Virus record (IMG/VR): IMGVR_UViG_3300049259_000057
Coordinates: 1-62,051 of that record
DNA: 62,051 bases
Reading direction: 5' to 3' (one strand)
Source: a virus
Taxonomy: Duplodnaviria > Caudoviricetes
Shown: positions 46,034-55,566 of the stretch, piece after piece
Layout of the letters: the number at the start of each line of letters is the position of its first letter
Numbering within the stretch: position 1 is the stretch's first letter
Notes under the pieces: generated by a model
Databases searched by the model: none
Told to the model about the DNA's origin: nothing
Seen by the model: the letters and a program-made list of their open reading frames with translations, nothing else
Program-made: the position numbers and the translations under genes

Positions 46034-46800
46034 GAGTCCACTCCGGACCCGTAGCCGGCGTGCGCCAGGATCGGTGCCAGGTCGGCCACGGTCAGCCGTA
46101 CCGGCACCATGTAGAGATCTTCCGGGTATATGTCGATGCTGGACGTCAAGGCGTCGTGTATCAGGTCGGCTAGTGGCAGGTGCGCCCACCATTGACCGGG
46201 GTCGGCGTGCCCGCGTCGCTTCACCACCAGGATACCTAGGTCTGCCCCGGACGCGACACGTTGCCGCTCGGTGTCGGCTAGCCATGTAGGCAACAGGTAA
46301 TGATCCCGTTCGGCAACATCCTTTACCTGCCAGGTGATGCCGAGTGTGCCATCGATGTCCCCGTGGTCGCTGCACCCACGAGTTCGTGTCCGGTAGCCGG
46401 TGCGCACGGTCCGTTCAGCGCCAGGCCACCCGTGGGCGCGCAACCAGACGACAAGATCCCGCTCGGCGCGCTTCCCGCGTTCCCCGTTGGCGCGGCCACG
46501 TCGCGATGCCTCGTTTCGGGCCCCAGGATCGCCGCTGACGGCCTGAACCGGGTTCGCTGGTCCTGTGTGTCCAACCGGGACGCTCGGCGTCTCCTGGTGC
46601 GCCACGGACGCGGCGCGCGGCTGGCCATCAGGCGGTGACTCGTGGTACCAGAGATCGAAACCGGCACAGACACAGATTTCTGTCGGAAAGTTGAGACTAT
46701 CCGGATTCTGAACGATCACGTTCCCCAGGCATCCGGTTTCGCCATGTTCTACACGCGGATGGCCACAGGCACACACGTCATAGTGCAGGGTGTCGTTCAC
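46030..46800 (-). CDS. Holliday junction resolvase-like PD-(D/E)XK nuclease
   Basis: GKRAERDLV.WLR..GW..AER...D.GDI.G...QVK; N-terminal Zn motif. Confidence 0.8.
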   Translation of the reverse strand: MNDTLHYDVCACGHPRVEHGETGCLGNVIVQNPDSLNFPTEICVCAGFDLWYHESPPDGQPRAASVAHQETPSVPVGHTGPANPVQAVSGDPGARNEASRRGRANGERGKRAERDLVVWLRAHGWPGAERTVRTGYRTRTRGCSDHGDIDGTLGITWQVKDVAERDHYLLPTWLADTERQRVASGADLGILVVKRRGHADPGQWWAHLPLADLIHDALTSSIDIYPEDLYMVPVRLTVADLAPILAHAGYGSGVDS

Positions 46801-47068
46801 TGTGGCCCACCTTTCGACGTTTCCGGTATTCTGCGCTGCTGGCCGAATTTGCTGCGGTGCATGAATCGCATTGGCAACCCCAATTCGTGTAGGTGGACAC
46901 CGTGCCGTGTGCCAGGCCAGGCGCTACCGCGAGCCGGCGGCCATTGACTATCACGGCACTGGCGATTCGTCGCTCTCGTTCTGTGGCTGTTGTGCGGCGG
47001 TGGGCGTCGGTGCAGTGCACACACCGGCAGGGCCGCCGACCCCGGTAGCGGCCGACATTGTGTGTCAT
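46778..47068 (-). CDS. Basic protein with two H..Y..CxC..C motifs (paralog of 13129)
   Basis: CRCVHC and HGTVSTYTNWGCQCDSC. Confidence 0.72.
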   Translation of the reverse strand: MTHNVGRYRGRRPCRCVHCTDAHRRTTATERERRIASAVIVNGRRLAVAPGLAHGTVSTYTNWGCQCDSCTAANSASSAEYRKRRKVGHSERHPAL

Positions 47069-47086
47069 GGGAGACTTGTTTTCTAA

Positions 47087-47530
47087 TTAATAGGGCGGGA
47101 TGTCGGCACCAATGACGCGGGCGCCTAGCTTGCGGGTGATGAGTTCGAGCGTGCCGAGTTCGGCGTCGGTCCATCGTGGCGTGTCCGGTTTCGGTTCCGG
47201 TGTGGCAAGGAATCGTTGGACAGCGGCGACGTGGTTCGGGTCGACGTCGGCGGCCGTGGCCGGGTGCGCACACGAGTGGGTGGCGAAGACGATGGATCTC
47301 TTGCCGTATTTGGTGTCGCCTCGAATGTTTTCCGGTATCCGCCAGGCGCAGCGTCCGGCGATGAGGCTGGCGCAGGGTCGGTCGGCGACGAGTGCGAACA
47401 ATTCGGCACGCGCGGTCAGCGGGACCGGGTCCAGCTTAAACGGGAGTCCTTCGGCGACTCCGGTGAGGATCGTGCGCTGACACCGGGGGCAGGGTCCAAC
47501 ACGGGGCGTGGTGCTCACGAAGTGGATCAT
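47087..47530 (-). CDS. Hypothetical Zn-binding protein
   Basis: CPRC...LDP.P...HSC; GAGGA SD. Confidence 0.65.
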   Translation of the reverse strand: MIHFVSTTPRVGPCPRCQRTILTGVAEGLPFKLDPVPLTARAELFALVADRPCASLIAGRCAWRIPENIRGDTKYGKRSIVFATHSCAHPATAADVDPNHVAAVQRFLATPEPKPDTPRWTDAELGTLELITRKLGARVIGADIPPY

Positions 47531-47606
47531 GATGGGCCAGTTTCCTCTAGTTGATCTTGACGCCACGCGACCATGATCAAAAACAGCGGCGTCGGGTCGG
47601 GTGTCA

Positions 47607-47838
47607 GGTGCCGGGAGTGCCGGATCGCCTACTTTCCCCACCTTCTTGATCTTTGACGTTCCCGATAGGTAGAGGAATCCGTCACCTTGCGACACCCGAT
47701 GACGGATGGTGCCGGATTCTGGAGTTCGGCTCTTCGCGTGCGCGCGAAGCGATGATCTTGAAAAATCCGGCACCATCCGGTCCGCACGGGGCAGCCGGGA
47801 CAGCGAACCGACACCGAAAATCGGCCGATCCGGCACCG
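47607..47838. repeat. Inverted iteron-like repeats, putative replication origin
   Basis: 16-bp perfect IR 47703-18/47764-79 and 11-bp IR GTGCCGGATCG 47617-27/47826-36, directly downstream of the primase. Confidence 0.65.
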
Positions 47839-47843
47839 GGCGG

Positions 47844-50279
47844 TCAATCCTGGCCGCCAGGTCGGGTGTCGGGTGTCAGATCGGCGCTGTCGACCAGCCA
47901 CACGCCGACGTACATCCGGACACCGTGTGAGCGATAGGAACCGACCCCGAACGCGCGTCGTAGGGTCTGGGTGAACGCCTTGGCGCTGACCGCCGGAACC
48001 CCCTCACCGTGACACCACCGCTCGTACGCGGAACGCACGACGTCCACCCGTGTCCGCACGGTGTCACCGCCGCCGAGCCGGCAGCAGTCCTCGATAAACC
48101 GACTCACGCTGTCCTGGTCGTGTGCGTATTCATCGGTCGCGGCGTGCACACTGTCCGGCTCGTGCAAACCGTCTGCCAGATAGCGCATTGCACCGGTCAC
48201 AATCCAGTTCATGACCGCGTCGCCGTGGTGGCGCGCCAGGTGTTCGCCGAGCGCTTGCACTTGCCGGTCCGGTGGCACGGTGTTGTCGAATGGTAGGATT
48301 CTGAGCCGTCGCCAGAATGCGGGTCCGCCAGCGTTCACGGCGGGTTGATGATTGGCGGCCAGCCACAAATGGTGTGTCGGCGTGAAAGTAAAGTGGTCTT
48401 GCCGCATGAATCGGGCCGTCAGCGCGTCACCACCGGTCAATAGTTTGACCCTGGCCTCGTCGAATTGGTCGCGTTCGTTGACTTCGGAACACACCACGAA
48501 ACGGGCGCCGGACAGTCGAGCGATTTCTGTTTCGTGGGCAGGGTAGTTGCGCGTCATCAGGAACCCGGCGGGCGCGGTGATGGCGTACCCTCCCAGCACC
48601 AGGCGGATTGTTTCCAGGAATGCGCTTTTGCCGTTGGCGCCGTCGCCGAAACAGAACGGCAACACATGTTCTCGGACGAGTCCCGTGGCGGAGTATCCGA
48701 CGAGCCGCTGAAGGTAGTCGGGCACTTCGGGGTGTCCGGCGAATGTCTCGGCCAGGAAGGTGAGCCACGGCAACGGGTCCGCGTTCGGGTCGGGTGTCGC
48801 GACGGTGACCCGCGTGTGAAGGTGACAGGGGTCGTGCGGCATCAATTGCCCGGTGCGCAAATCAACTTCGCCGCCGGGGGTGTTCAGCTCGAACGGTCGG
48901 GCGTCCAGGTCGGTCGCGCGCACCACGATCCGGGGGTCACTGCTGGCCTGGCTAAGGATGTTGGTGGTGCCGGGCGCGGACAGTACGTGCACCTTGTGCC
49001 GCACGTCGGGGGCGTCGTGATCAGGCATGGTCCGACCTATCTGTTTGACGTGTTCGCGGACGGGGCCACCATCGGACGGGCACTGTTCCCAGCGGGGGGC
49101 GTGCCAGCGCATCCATCGACCGGGGGGGCTGGCGAACCGCACCACGGTCCCGAAGGTGTCCACCAGGGCCAGCGCCATGGCGTCGTCGGTGCGCGCGTGG
49201 GTGGTGGCGGGTGCGAGCTGCACCACGGGCGCCAGGGCCCCGTTCGAGCCGCCACCGATGCCGGGGAGCACGGTCAGGACGGGCCGCTGCGGTTCGGGTG
49301 CCCGCTGGCCGTAGCCGTTCGCCGAGAGCGCCTTGGCTGCCGCGTGAAAGTCGCCGTCGTGGTGCAACAGGGTGTACGCGCGCCACTTGGACAGCCCGGT
49401 CTCGGCCGGCAGCGTGGTCGAGGTGCTCCACACGTACAGGTAGTCGCCGCTGGTGCCCCCGGTGACCGCTGACACGCCGAGGTGTTTCCCGGGCCGCCGC
49501 CAGTGGGTTCGGGTGGCGTTGCGGTGCACGGGTGTCCAGCCGGCCGGCACCAGCACGTCATCCCAGGTGGCCCGTTCGTTATAGTCGGCCCCGGGTGGTG
49601 TGCCCTGGCGTCGGTCCAACGGAATGGGATCGGGGAGCGGTGTGGGCGGCGGCAGTTCATCGAATGTGCGCGCCACGGTGTAGAGCGCGTCTCGTTCGTC
49701 GGCGGTGATCGTGGTGATGGTGTCGGGCGATCCGGTCCAGACGCGCCAGGGTGCACCTGTGGGGTGTACGGGCCCGTGGCTGGGCGCGACAACCACGAAG
49801 CCGCCTTCCCCCCGGGTTTCGATCAGCGGCGTTACACCCGTGCCGGTGTCGCGTTGCGCGAGTTTCGTGTTACCGCGTGCCGTGCCACCGGATACCCGGT
49901 AGAACAAGTGAATGCCGGACGTGGGTGAGGTTTCCGAGTAACCGGTGATGATGCGATCACGTATCGGCTCTAACCCGTGTTCGAGTAGCGCGCTCAAGAA
50001 TTGCCCAGCGGTACCGTCGGCCACGGCGCGGCCTTCTAGTTCCAACATTTCCAGGTGACCGGACACCGCGCCGCAGACGACACCGACACCGGGGTGTCCG
50101 CCCACGAACCACGCATCAACGGCCCGTGTCCCGGCGGGTTCGGCCTGGGCGTGTTTCCACTGTCCCAGTGGTGCTTTGCTGCCATCGGTGGCGACGCGCA
50201 CCACGGAGCAGCCGGCCGCGCACCACGCCAGGGCGGCACTGTGTACGTCCATCGGTTCGGGGCTGTGACGGTCGTCCAC
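47844..50279 (-). CDS. Prim-Pol plus P4/D5-like SF3 helicase (primase-helicase)
   Basis: K.P...W, TPTSGIHLFY, ETRGEGGFVVVAPS; GDGANGKS Walker A; LTGGD...ARFMRQD.F.F; WRR. Confidence 0.93.
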   Translation of the reverse strand: MDDRHSPEPMDVHSAALAWCAAGCSVVRVATDGSKAPLGQWKHAQAEPAGTRAVDAWFVGGHPGVGVVCGAVSGHLEMLELEGRAVADGTAGQFLSALLEHGLEPIRDRIITGYSETSPTSGIHLFYRVSGGTARGNTKLAQRDTGTGVTPLIETRGEGGFVVVAPSHGPVHPTGAPWRVWTGSPDTITTITADERDALYTVARTFDELPPPTPLPDPIPLDRRQGTPPGADYNERATWDDVLVPAGWTPVHRNATRTHWRRPGKHLGVSAVTGGTSGDYLYVWSTSTTLPAETGLSKWRAYTLLHHDGDFHAAAKALSANGYGQRAPEPQRPVLTVLPGIGGGSNGALAPVVQLAPATTHARTDDAMALALVDTFGTVVRFASPPGRWMRWHAPRWEQCPSDGGPVREHVKQIGRTMPDHDAPDVRHKVHVLSAPGTTNILSQASSDPRIVVRATDLDARPFELNTPGGEVDLRTGQLMPHDPCHLHTRVTVATPDPNADPLPWLTFLAETFAGHPEVPDYLQRLVGYSATGLVREHVLPFCFGDGANGKSAFLETIRLVLGGYAITAPAGFLMTRNYPAHETEIARLSGARFVVCSEVNERDQFDEARVKLLTGGDALTARFMRQDHFTFTPTHHLWLAANHQPAVNAGGPAFWRRLRILPFDNTVPPDRQVQALGEHLARHHGDAVMNWIVTGAMRYLADGLHEPDSVHAATDEYAHDQDSVSRFIEDCCRLGGGDTVRTRVDVVRSAYERWCHGEGVPAVSAKAFTQTLRRAFGVGSYRSHGVRMYVGVWLVDSADLTPDTRPGGQD

Positions 50280-50402
50280 GGGGTAGTGCCTCTCGGGGTG
50301 CTCTGGCGTGGCGCGCGGCGGGGTGTGGTGGCGGCACAGGGCATTCCGCCCGTTCTTCGTGGGCCGCGTGCTCTTACCTACGGGTCGGCCACCACCGGCC
50401 AG

Positions 50403-50723
50403 CTAGGGCGTCATGGTGACAGCCAACGTGTTCGCGTTGCGGTACTGCCACTGGCCCGGTTCGCCACCGTGGTTGCGGGACGTGGCCCAGTAGGACGAGT
50501 CACCGTCCAGGAACACCTGAAGGTTGGCCGTGCTCTGTCCGCCGAAGGTGGCGACAACAATCGCCGCGTAGTCCTGTCCGAACCGGACCGCGTTGCGTCG
50601 GGTGCGGGCCGGGTCGATCGAGTTGATGCGTTCCACGTCGGCCCGGGACAGCCGGTACAGCACCTGGTCGCCCACGGCCACGGGCGGCGGAACGGTGGGG
50701 TAGGTGTAGGTCATGGCGGTCAT
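50403..50723 (-). CDS. Phage hypothetical protein
   Basis: VG..V.Y.LS..D...IN...RN..G..AAIVV..NLQVFLDG..W.TS. Confidence 0.75.
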   Translation of the reverse strand: MTAMTYTYPTVPPPVAVGDQVLYRLSRADVERINSIDPARTRRNAVRFGQDYAAIVVATFGGQSTANLQVFLDGDSSYWATSRNHGGEPGQWQYRNANTLAVTMTP

Positions 50724-50752
50724 GTCGTGTCGGTTTCCTTTCGGTGGCTGGG

Positions 50753-51454
50753 TTACACGCCGCTTTGTTGTTGGGCGGCTAGTTGCGCCAGGAGTGCCTG
50801 AACGGCGGGATCGTTGACGTTGATACCGGCGGGTGCGGGTGGCACGGCAGGCGCGGCCGGGGGCACGTGTGGCGCGGTCACGGGTGTCGCGGGTAGCGGC
50901 GGTGCGACCGGTGGCGCTGGCGGGGCGGAAGGCGCGGCCCACGGCGGCGGCTGGCTGGGCGCCCCGGGAATGGGTGCCATGCCGCCATTGTTGGGTGCGG
51001 CGGGCGCAGCCGACCCGGTGACAGTGCGGTGTACCCGTTCCCGTTCGAACCGTTCCGGGTTGGCAGCGGCCCACGCCTGCGCCGTGGCGAGTTCCGCACC
51101 GGTCAGCGGTTCCACATTCAGGTACGCGTTGGTGCCAGTCTTCGGCGTGTCGTAGAACAGTTTCACCGGTACCATTTGTGACACGTACCCTTTGAGGCTG
51201 TCCACAATGGCACCGTTGAACCACAACACGTTAATGTAAACGGTGTTGCTGGTCAGGTCGGCAATGTCCAACACCACTGCCTCGCCGCCTTCGGGCTTGT
51301 ACTTGGCGGTGTCGGCGGGGTTCGAGTTGAATTGAGTCTTGATGCCGAACCGGTGTTCGCGCACGAGCACCACGAGCGGCCGGCCGGCCATTTCCTTGGC
51401 GGGCACCCGGTCGCCGTCTTCACGGACAGGCGGGGTGAATGTGTTCAATTGCAC
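50753..51454 (-). CDS. Putative ssDNA-binding/recombination accessory protein
   Basis: Beta-rich core with Pro/Ala tail, between exonuclease and primase; function inferred from position. Confidence 0.55.
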   Translation of the reverse strand: MQLNTFTPPVREDGDRVPAKEMAGRPLVVLVREHRFGIKTQFNSNPADTAKYKPEGGEAVVLDIADLTSNTVYINVLWFNGAIVDSLKGYVSQMVPVKLFYDTPKTGTNAYLNVEPLTGAELATAQAWAAANPERFERERVHRTVTGSAAPAAPNNGGMAPIPGAPSQPPPWAAPSAPPAPPVAPPLPATPVTAPHVPPAAPAVPPAPAGINVNDPAVQALLAQLAAQQQSGV

Positions 51455-51593
51455 GGATCATCATTCCCTTGTGTCGGGTCGAAACAAGTCCCACGCGGTT
51501 GTGCCGCTTGTGCCGAAATGCATATGTGGTCCGCAATGCTCAACCGGACGGTCACAGTGGACACCGGATACCGGGTGACGTTCGGGGCAGGTG

Positions 51594-51833
51594 TCAGTCA
51601 TCGCTGGTGACCGGGACTGGTGTTCGACGCGGATGGCTGCGATACCAGACCATGGCGCGGACCATGGCTTGCGCGTGTTCGTGGTGGTCGATGTTGTACG
51701 TGGCGCGAATGTCGCGGCGATAGTTCGAGGGCAGCCGTATCCAGCAGTCGCGGCACGCGAAAATGTGATGTGGCACGGGTTTGCGGCAGCCACCGGGGCA
51801 GTCGTGGGTGGCGGGCAGGGGGCGCGCGGTCAC
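51594..51833 (-). CDS. Small Cys-rich protein
   Basis: CPGGC...ACRDCW..LP. Confidence 0.65.
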   Translation of the reverse strand: MTARPLPATHDCPGGCRKPVPHHIFACRDCWIRLPSNYRRDIRATYNIDHHEHAQAMVRAMVWYRSHPRRTPVPVTSDD

Positions 51834-52198
51834 GGCTCGTCCACCATCCGTGCGTCGTCAGCCGTAAAACTGTCGTCCCAGACGTCGCACGGGTCCCGGT
51901 CGGTGGTGGCCCACGTGTAGGTGGGACAGGGCCATCCTTCGGCGCATTCCAGACAGTTACCGGAGGTGAGGCCAGCGGGTCCGACGTGTTTCCGGTGCGC
52001 TTCGGCGATGCGCGCCAGGCGACTGAGTGCGGTATCGCGATGCGCGGGTGACGCCCAGATGTAGGCGTTGAGCGCGGCAGCGGTGAGCCGGCCCATTTCG
52101 GGCGTGAACATGACGCCAATGTGTTCGTCGGTGTCGTGACTGGTGCCGCTGCGGTAGATGTTGCGGGCGTTGTGGTTCCCGAATCGATAAGGCAGCAT
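51830..52198 (-). CDS. Hypothetical protein with H..CxxC..WPCPT module
   Basis: Module shared with 11628..12080. Confidence 0.7.
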   Translation of the reverse strand: MLPYRFGNHNARNIYRSGTSHDTDEHIGVMFTPEMGRLTAAALNAYIWASPAHRDTALSRLARIAEAHRKHVGPAGLTSGNCLECAEGWPCPTYTWATTDRDPCDVWDDSFTADDARMVDEP

Positions 52199-52201
52199 GG
52201 T

Positions 52202-52519
52202 TCAGGACTCCATAGTGGACAGATCGGGCCCGGTCGGCGGTTCATAGGTCGCCAGAAAAATGACGTCCCGGCACGGGTAAAATTCGCCTGCGATACCGCG
52301 AATGATCCAGTCGCCTACGCTGGCGTGCACCGGTCCCTCTAGCGTGTCCAAGAGGATTCGTTCATGCTCGGCGCCGGATTCCCCTGGGAACCACGAGGCA
52401 ATGCCACCGTTGGCTCGTACCCAGTCGATAATGGGCGTGGCGGTGTCCGCGCCACCGGGCCAATGCGCCGCTTCGATCACAATCGGCTTCTTTTGAAACC
52501 GTGTAGCGATCATGGTCAT
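52202..52519 (-). CDS. Phage hypothetical protein
   Basis: KKP.VIEA..W...TLEG...A..GDWIIRG..GEFYPC...F..TYE. Confidence 0.85.
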   Translation of the reverse strand: MTMIATRFQKKPIVIEAAHWPGGADTATPIIDWVRANGGIASWFPGESGAEHERILLDTLEGPVHASVGDWIIRGIAGEFYPCRDVIFLATYEPPTGPDLSTMES

Positions 52520-53283
52520 CCCTCCAAATGTCCGGGGCACCCGTCGCCGGTGTCGGGACGCCCGGGTTTCCAATAGGGGCAATAGGTGCAGGCGTGGCCC
52601 ACGGTGCGGGGAATGGCGCGGTAATGTTCGGGGTGCTGGTCGACGCCGAGTGTGACCGCGATTTCGAGGATGGTGTCGTGTCGCGCGAGTGCCTGCAACG
52701 CAACGGTTTCGTCATACGGTTGCGTCCATATCCACAGTCCGGACAGGAGGCCGCCGCGCGGGTACAACGCGAGTGCCACGTCACGCACGGGGAGCCCGAG
52801 CTGGGCCAGCGCGTAGCCGTACAAATGGATCTGCGAAATGTAGCCGAGCGACGGGCCGCGTTTTTTCTGTTCGGCCATGGATGTGGTGCCGGGCACTTTG
52901 TGGTCGATGACCATGCCCAGGTCGGCGTCGTACAGGTCGAGTGTGCCGGTGAGTCCTGGCCGCACGGTGACGGGTTGTTCGACCAGGTAACGGATGCGGC
53001 CGAGCCGTTCGTTGGCGGCGGTGAACGCGTCGGCTAGCCAGGCGTGCACAGCGGTGCCCACAATGGAGGGCCACGGGTCGGATTCGGCGTTGGATTCGGT
53101 GTGCCGCATGAGTTTGTAGGCGAGTTTGCGGGCGCAGGCTTCGCCGATTTCCGACGGGCCGAGTGCTTGCTGTTGGCTGCGGGGGGCTCGGCGCGCGGCG
53201 TCTTTCACCACGGACCGGATTTCCTCGGCGAGCGGGTGGCCGCTGGCGGTGGATGTGCGCGGCGCGAGCGTGGTCAGGTTCAT
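52516..53283 (-). CDS. Cas4/RecB-like PD-(D/E)XK exonuclease
   Basis: GPSEIG..CARK, GTAVH, GTLD..VIDHK, Q..LY, C.YCP..CPG. Confidence 0.85.
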   Translation of the reverse strand: MNLTTLAPRTSTASGHPLAEEIRSVVKDAARRAPRSQQQALGPSEIGEACARKLAYKLMRHTESNAESDPWPSIVGTAVHAWLADAFTAANERLGRIRYLVEQPVTVRPGLTGTLDLYDADLGMVIDHKVPGTTSMAEQKKRGPSLGYISQIHLYGYALAQLGLPVRDVALALYPRGGLLSGLWIWTQPYDETVALQALARHDTILEIAVTLGVDQHPEHYRAIPRTVGHACTYCPYWKPGRPDTGDGCPGHLEG

Positions 53284-53465
53284 CGGACACCGAACCCGCG
53301 TCGCCGCAACTCTATCCACAGTCGACGTTGACCCACGGTGATATAGAAACCGTTGACCGTGCGCCATGATGAGTTCTTGCGCAGCACTGGCCCCCCATCA
53401 CTATCGGCGTGCATCCATCCGATTCGGCGGTAACTGATTCGGGGAGTCGTGACGGTGACTTTCAC
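53280..53465 (-). CDS. Small hypothetical protein
   Basis: Coupled overlaps on both sides. Confidence 0.45.
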   Translation of the reverse strand: MKVTVTTPRISYRRIGWMHADSDGGPVLRKNSSWRTVNGFYITVGQRRLWIELRRRGFGVR

Positions 53466-53659
53466 GATTCGGCCCCCCGCGTGGATAGCCAATAGTTGTC
53501 CAGCCGCTCGGTTTCCTCGGCGGTGAACCACGCAACGTGATACGCGCGGCACACCGGGCAGTCCATCTCGGCGCCAAGCCGATCACGAAGTTGCACCGTC
53601 AGCACCCCGCCGCAATCGCAGAACGCCACGGCAGGCCACGGAATACCGGTTGTGGTCAT
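53462..53659 (-). CDS. Small Zn-ribbon protein
   Basis: CDCGG...CPVC. Confidence 0.6.
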   Translation of the reverse strand: MTTTGIPWPAVAFCDCGGVLTVQLRDRLGAEMDCPVCRAYHVAWFTAEETERLDNYWLSTRGAES

Positions 53660-53901
53660 GATTCGGCCACGTGTCCGGTGTGGACGAGAATGACGGGCCC
53701 GTCCAGCATGAGGAGTCGCCAGAACGGCAGCGGGTGGCGTTTCCCGTCGTGCGGCTGCCAGATGGAGTACCAACCACTGTCGGGTGCCCCGTCCGGCCGT
53801 TTCCCGTCGTAGTAGCCCAGGGGTAGGTGTTGCCAGGCCACGCCGTCACAGTCGAGCACCACGGACCCAATCGGCGGTTCAACGATATCCGGGGTGGTCA
53901 C
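53656..53901 (-). CDS. Hypothetical protein (tandem paralog B)
   Basis: EPPIGSVVLD.DG..W..DSGWY..GPV.LVHTG. Confidence 0.7.
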   Translation of the reverse strand: MTTPDIVEPPIGSVVLDCDGVAWQHLPLGYYDGKRPDGAPDSGWYSIWQPHDGKRHPLPFWRLLMLDGPVILVHTGHVAES

Positions 53902-54152
53902 GACATTTCCCCCGATCCGGTGTGGACGAGGTCAACGGGGCCGCACAACATCACGAGTCGCCCGAACGACAATGGCGGGGTGAACGCGGGTGGCCCGGTG
54001 TACTCGGAGACGGGATACCAGCCACTATCACTGGCCCATTCCGGATGCGCTCGGGTGCCGTAGTCGATGATGCGCCGTTCCCACCGGTCGCCGTCACGGT
54101 CGACCACAATGGACCCGGTGGGCGGTTCGCCGTAGATACCGAAGGCGCTCAC
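53898..54152 (-). CDS. Hypothetical protein (tandem paralog A)
   Basis: EPPTGSIVVD.DG..W..DSGWY..GPV.LVHTG. Confidence 0.7.
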   Translation of the reverse strand: MSAFGIYGEPPTGSIVVDRDGDRWERRIIDYGTRAHPEWASDSGWYPVSEYTGPPAFTPPLSFGRLVMLCGPVDLVHTGSGEMS

Positions 54153-54394
54153 GAGTCGTCGTCCCCGATCAACTGGCCGCCTTCGTCCCGCCACTGGGCA
54201 CGCAGGTAACGACGCTGGTCACCGGTCAGTGCGAAGGGCAGTTCACCGCCACCGGCACACCATTCCCGTATCACGTAGTCCGTGACGATGGGGTGCGTGC
54301 CGGTGACAGCCTTGTGTCGCGGTAGGACACCGCTACGGGACAGGATGATGACTCGCCCGCACCACGGGCATGGTGTTCCTGAGTGCAGCATCAC
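54149..54394 (-). CDS. Small Zn-binding protein
   Basis: CPWCGR...LPRH...C.GG. Confidence 0.6.
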   Translation of the reverse strand: MMLHSGTPCPWCGRVIILSRSGVLPRHKAVTGTHPIVTDYVIREWCAGGGELPFALTGDQRRYLRAQWRDEGGQLIGDDDS

Positions 54395-54726
54395 GCGTCA
54401 CCACTGACCGGGGGGATGTAGGGCGCGGTGAACCGGTGGGATACGACGGTGGTGGAGTACCGCGCGGCCAGGTCGGGGTGTTCGGCCCGCAACCGGGCCC
54501 CGTCGACGCGGCGTGATTCCACCCGGGTCCAGCGCACAGCGGTCCGCCCGCGCACGGTGCCCACGGCGACCCCGGCTGTGTCGAGTGCGGCGGTGAGGTG
54601 TTGTTGCGCGGTGTCGGCGGCGGCTTGCCAGTGCCGCACTTTTTCGCGTGCCCGGTGCCATGCGGCGAGCCAGCCGGCCAGCTCGGTGGATAGTTCGGTG
54701 GCGGTAGGGGTGTCGTCGTCGGTCAT
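54391..54726 (-). CDS. Hypothetical protein resembling the C-terminal part of YqaJ-type recombinases
   Basis: Coiled coil, then VRW..VESRRVD...LRAEHPDL..RY.....RF. Confidence 0.6.
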   Translation of the reverse strand: MTDDDTPTATELSTELAGWLAAWHRAREKVRHWQAAADTAQQHLTAALDTAGVAVGTVRGRTAVRWTRVESRRVDGARLRAEHPDLAARYSTTVVSHRFTAPYIPPVSGDA

Positions 54727-55121
54727 GATCGGATCAGGCATGTCGGTGTGTCCTGTTTCTTGTGGACGGTGATGACGGGGAGCGAGGTTGCGGACACCCA
54801 CCAGCGGCCGGGCAGTGCCCCGTCACCGTCGATGAGTTCCCGCGTGTAGCGGGGCACGTCGTGCGCAGCGGCCCAGGCGACCCAGGGCGTCACCCCGGGT
54901 GCGGGAAGCACGTCCACCCGGACTGTGGTGCGGTCACACCAGATCCAGTGCGCGGTGAGGCCAAGTTCGTGGGTGTCGGCGGTGGCCAGGTCGGTGAGCC
55001 ACACCAGGGCAGGCCGCCTCGGCATGAGGGGGTGTCGGTGGGCGGTGACGTGCCGGACTCGGGCGATGTCCGCACCACTGTGCCAACACGTCCAGTGGTA
55101 GAGCACGGGTTGCGAGGTCAT
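54723..55121 (-). CDS. Hypothetical protein, possible ADP-ribosyltransferase-like fold
   Basis: LYHWT...I..V..LVWLT pattern. Confidence 0.55.
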   Translation of the reverse strand: MTSQPVLYHWTCWHSGADIARVRHVTAHRHPLMPRRPALVWLTDLATADTHELGLTAHWIWCDRTTVRVDVLPAPGVTPWVAWAAAHDVPRYTRELIDGDGALPGRWWVSATSLPVITVHKKQDTPTCLIRS

Positions 55122-55414
55122 GGCGCCCGCCGTGCTCGGCGTCGGTGGCATTCCACGGCCGCGTGTGGCCACATCCGTACCCAGGCGCGCGGGTACATGA
55201 CACCGGTCTGGTGTTCGTAGCGCAGGTCACCGACGTGGTACCAATCGCGGGTGCCGTCGGTGTCCCGCAACGCGACAACGGGTGTACCGCAACGCTCGCA
55301 GGGTTCCACTGTGGACAGCACATCGTCCGGGCTGTAGGCGTAGCGGCGCACGGTGAACCCTGGGTGTACGTGTTCGATGTGTTGAATGAGCTGATCGAGT
55401 CGGGTGGTGGTCAT
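55118..55414 (-). CDS. Hypothetical protein
   Basis: CERCG...H...C; ATGA overlaps. Confidence 0.6.
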   Translation of the reverse strand: MTTTRLDQLIQHIEHVHPGFTVRRYAYSPDDVLSTVEPCERCGTPVVALRDTDGTRDWYHVGDLRYEHQTGVMYPRAWVRMWPHAAVECHRRRARRAP

Positions 55415-55566
55415 GATGCGGTTCCCTGGCCGGCGGCCAACATCAGCCCGATGATCTTGATCGACTCGGACTCGGTGAAACCCTCCATGATCAACGCGAG
55501 GTAGATGTGACGCATCGCTTTCGCCATGGCGCGCATGTCGGCGGACGGTTCGATGGGCCCATTCAT
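55411..55566 (-). CDS. Small hypothetical protein
   Basis: EPSAD.R..A..MR..Y.AL..EGFTE.E. Confidence 0.65.
   Translation of the reverse strand: MNGPIEPSADMRAMAKAMRHIYLALIMEGFTESESIKIIGLMLAAGQGTAS

Noticed and set aside
47531-47836. N-terminal 102 aa of ORF 47087..47836
   Set aside because: Spans the iteron region; a good SD precedes ATG 47530.
52516-53283. CRISPR Cas4
   Set aside because: No cas1/cas2 or array; it sits in the phage recombination module.
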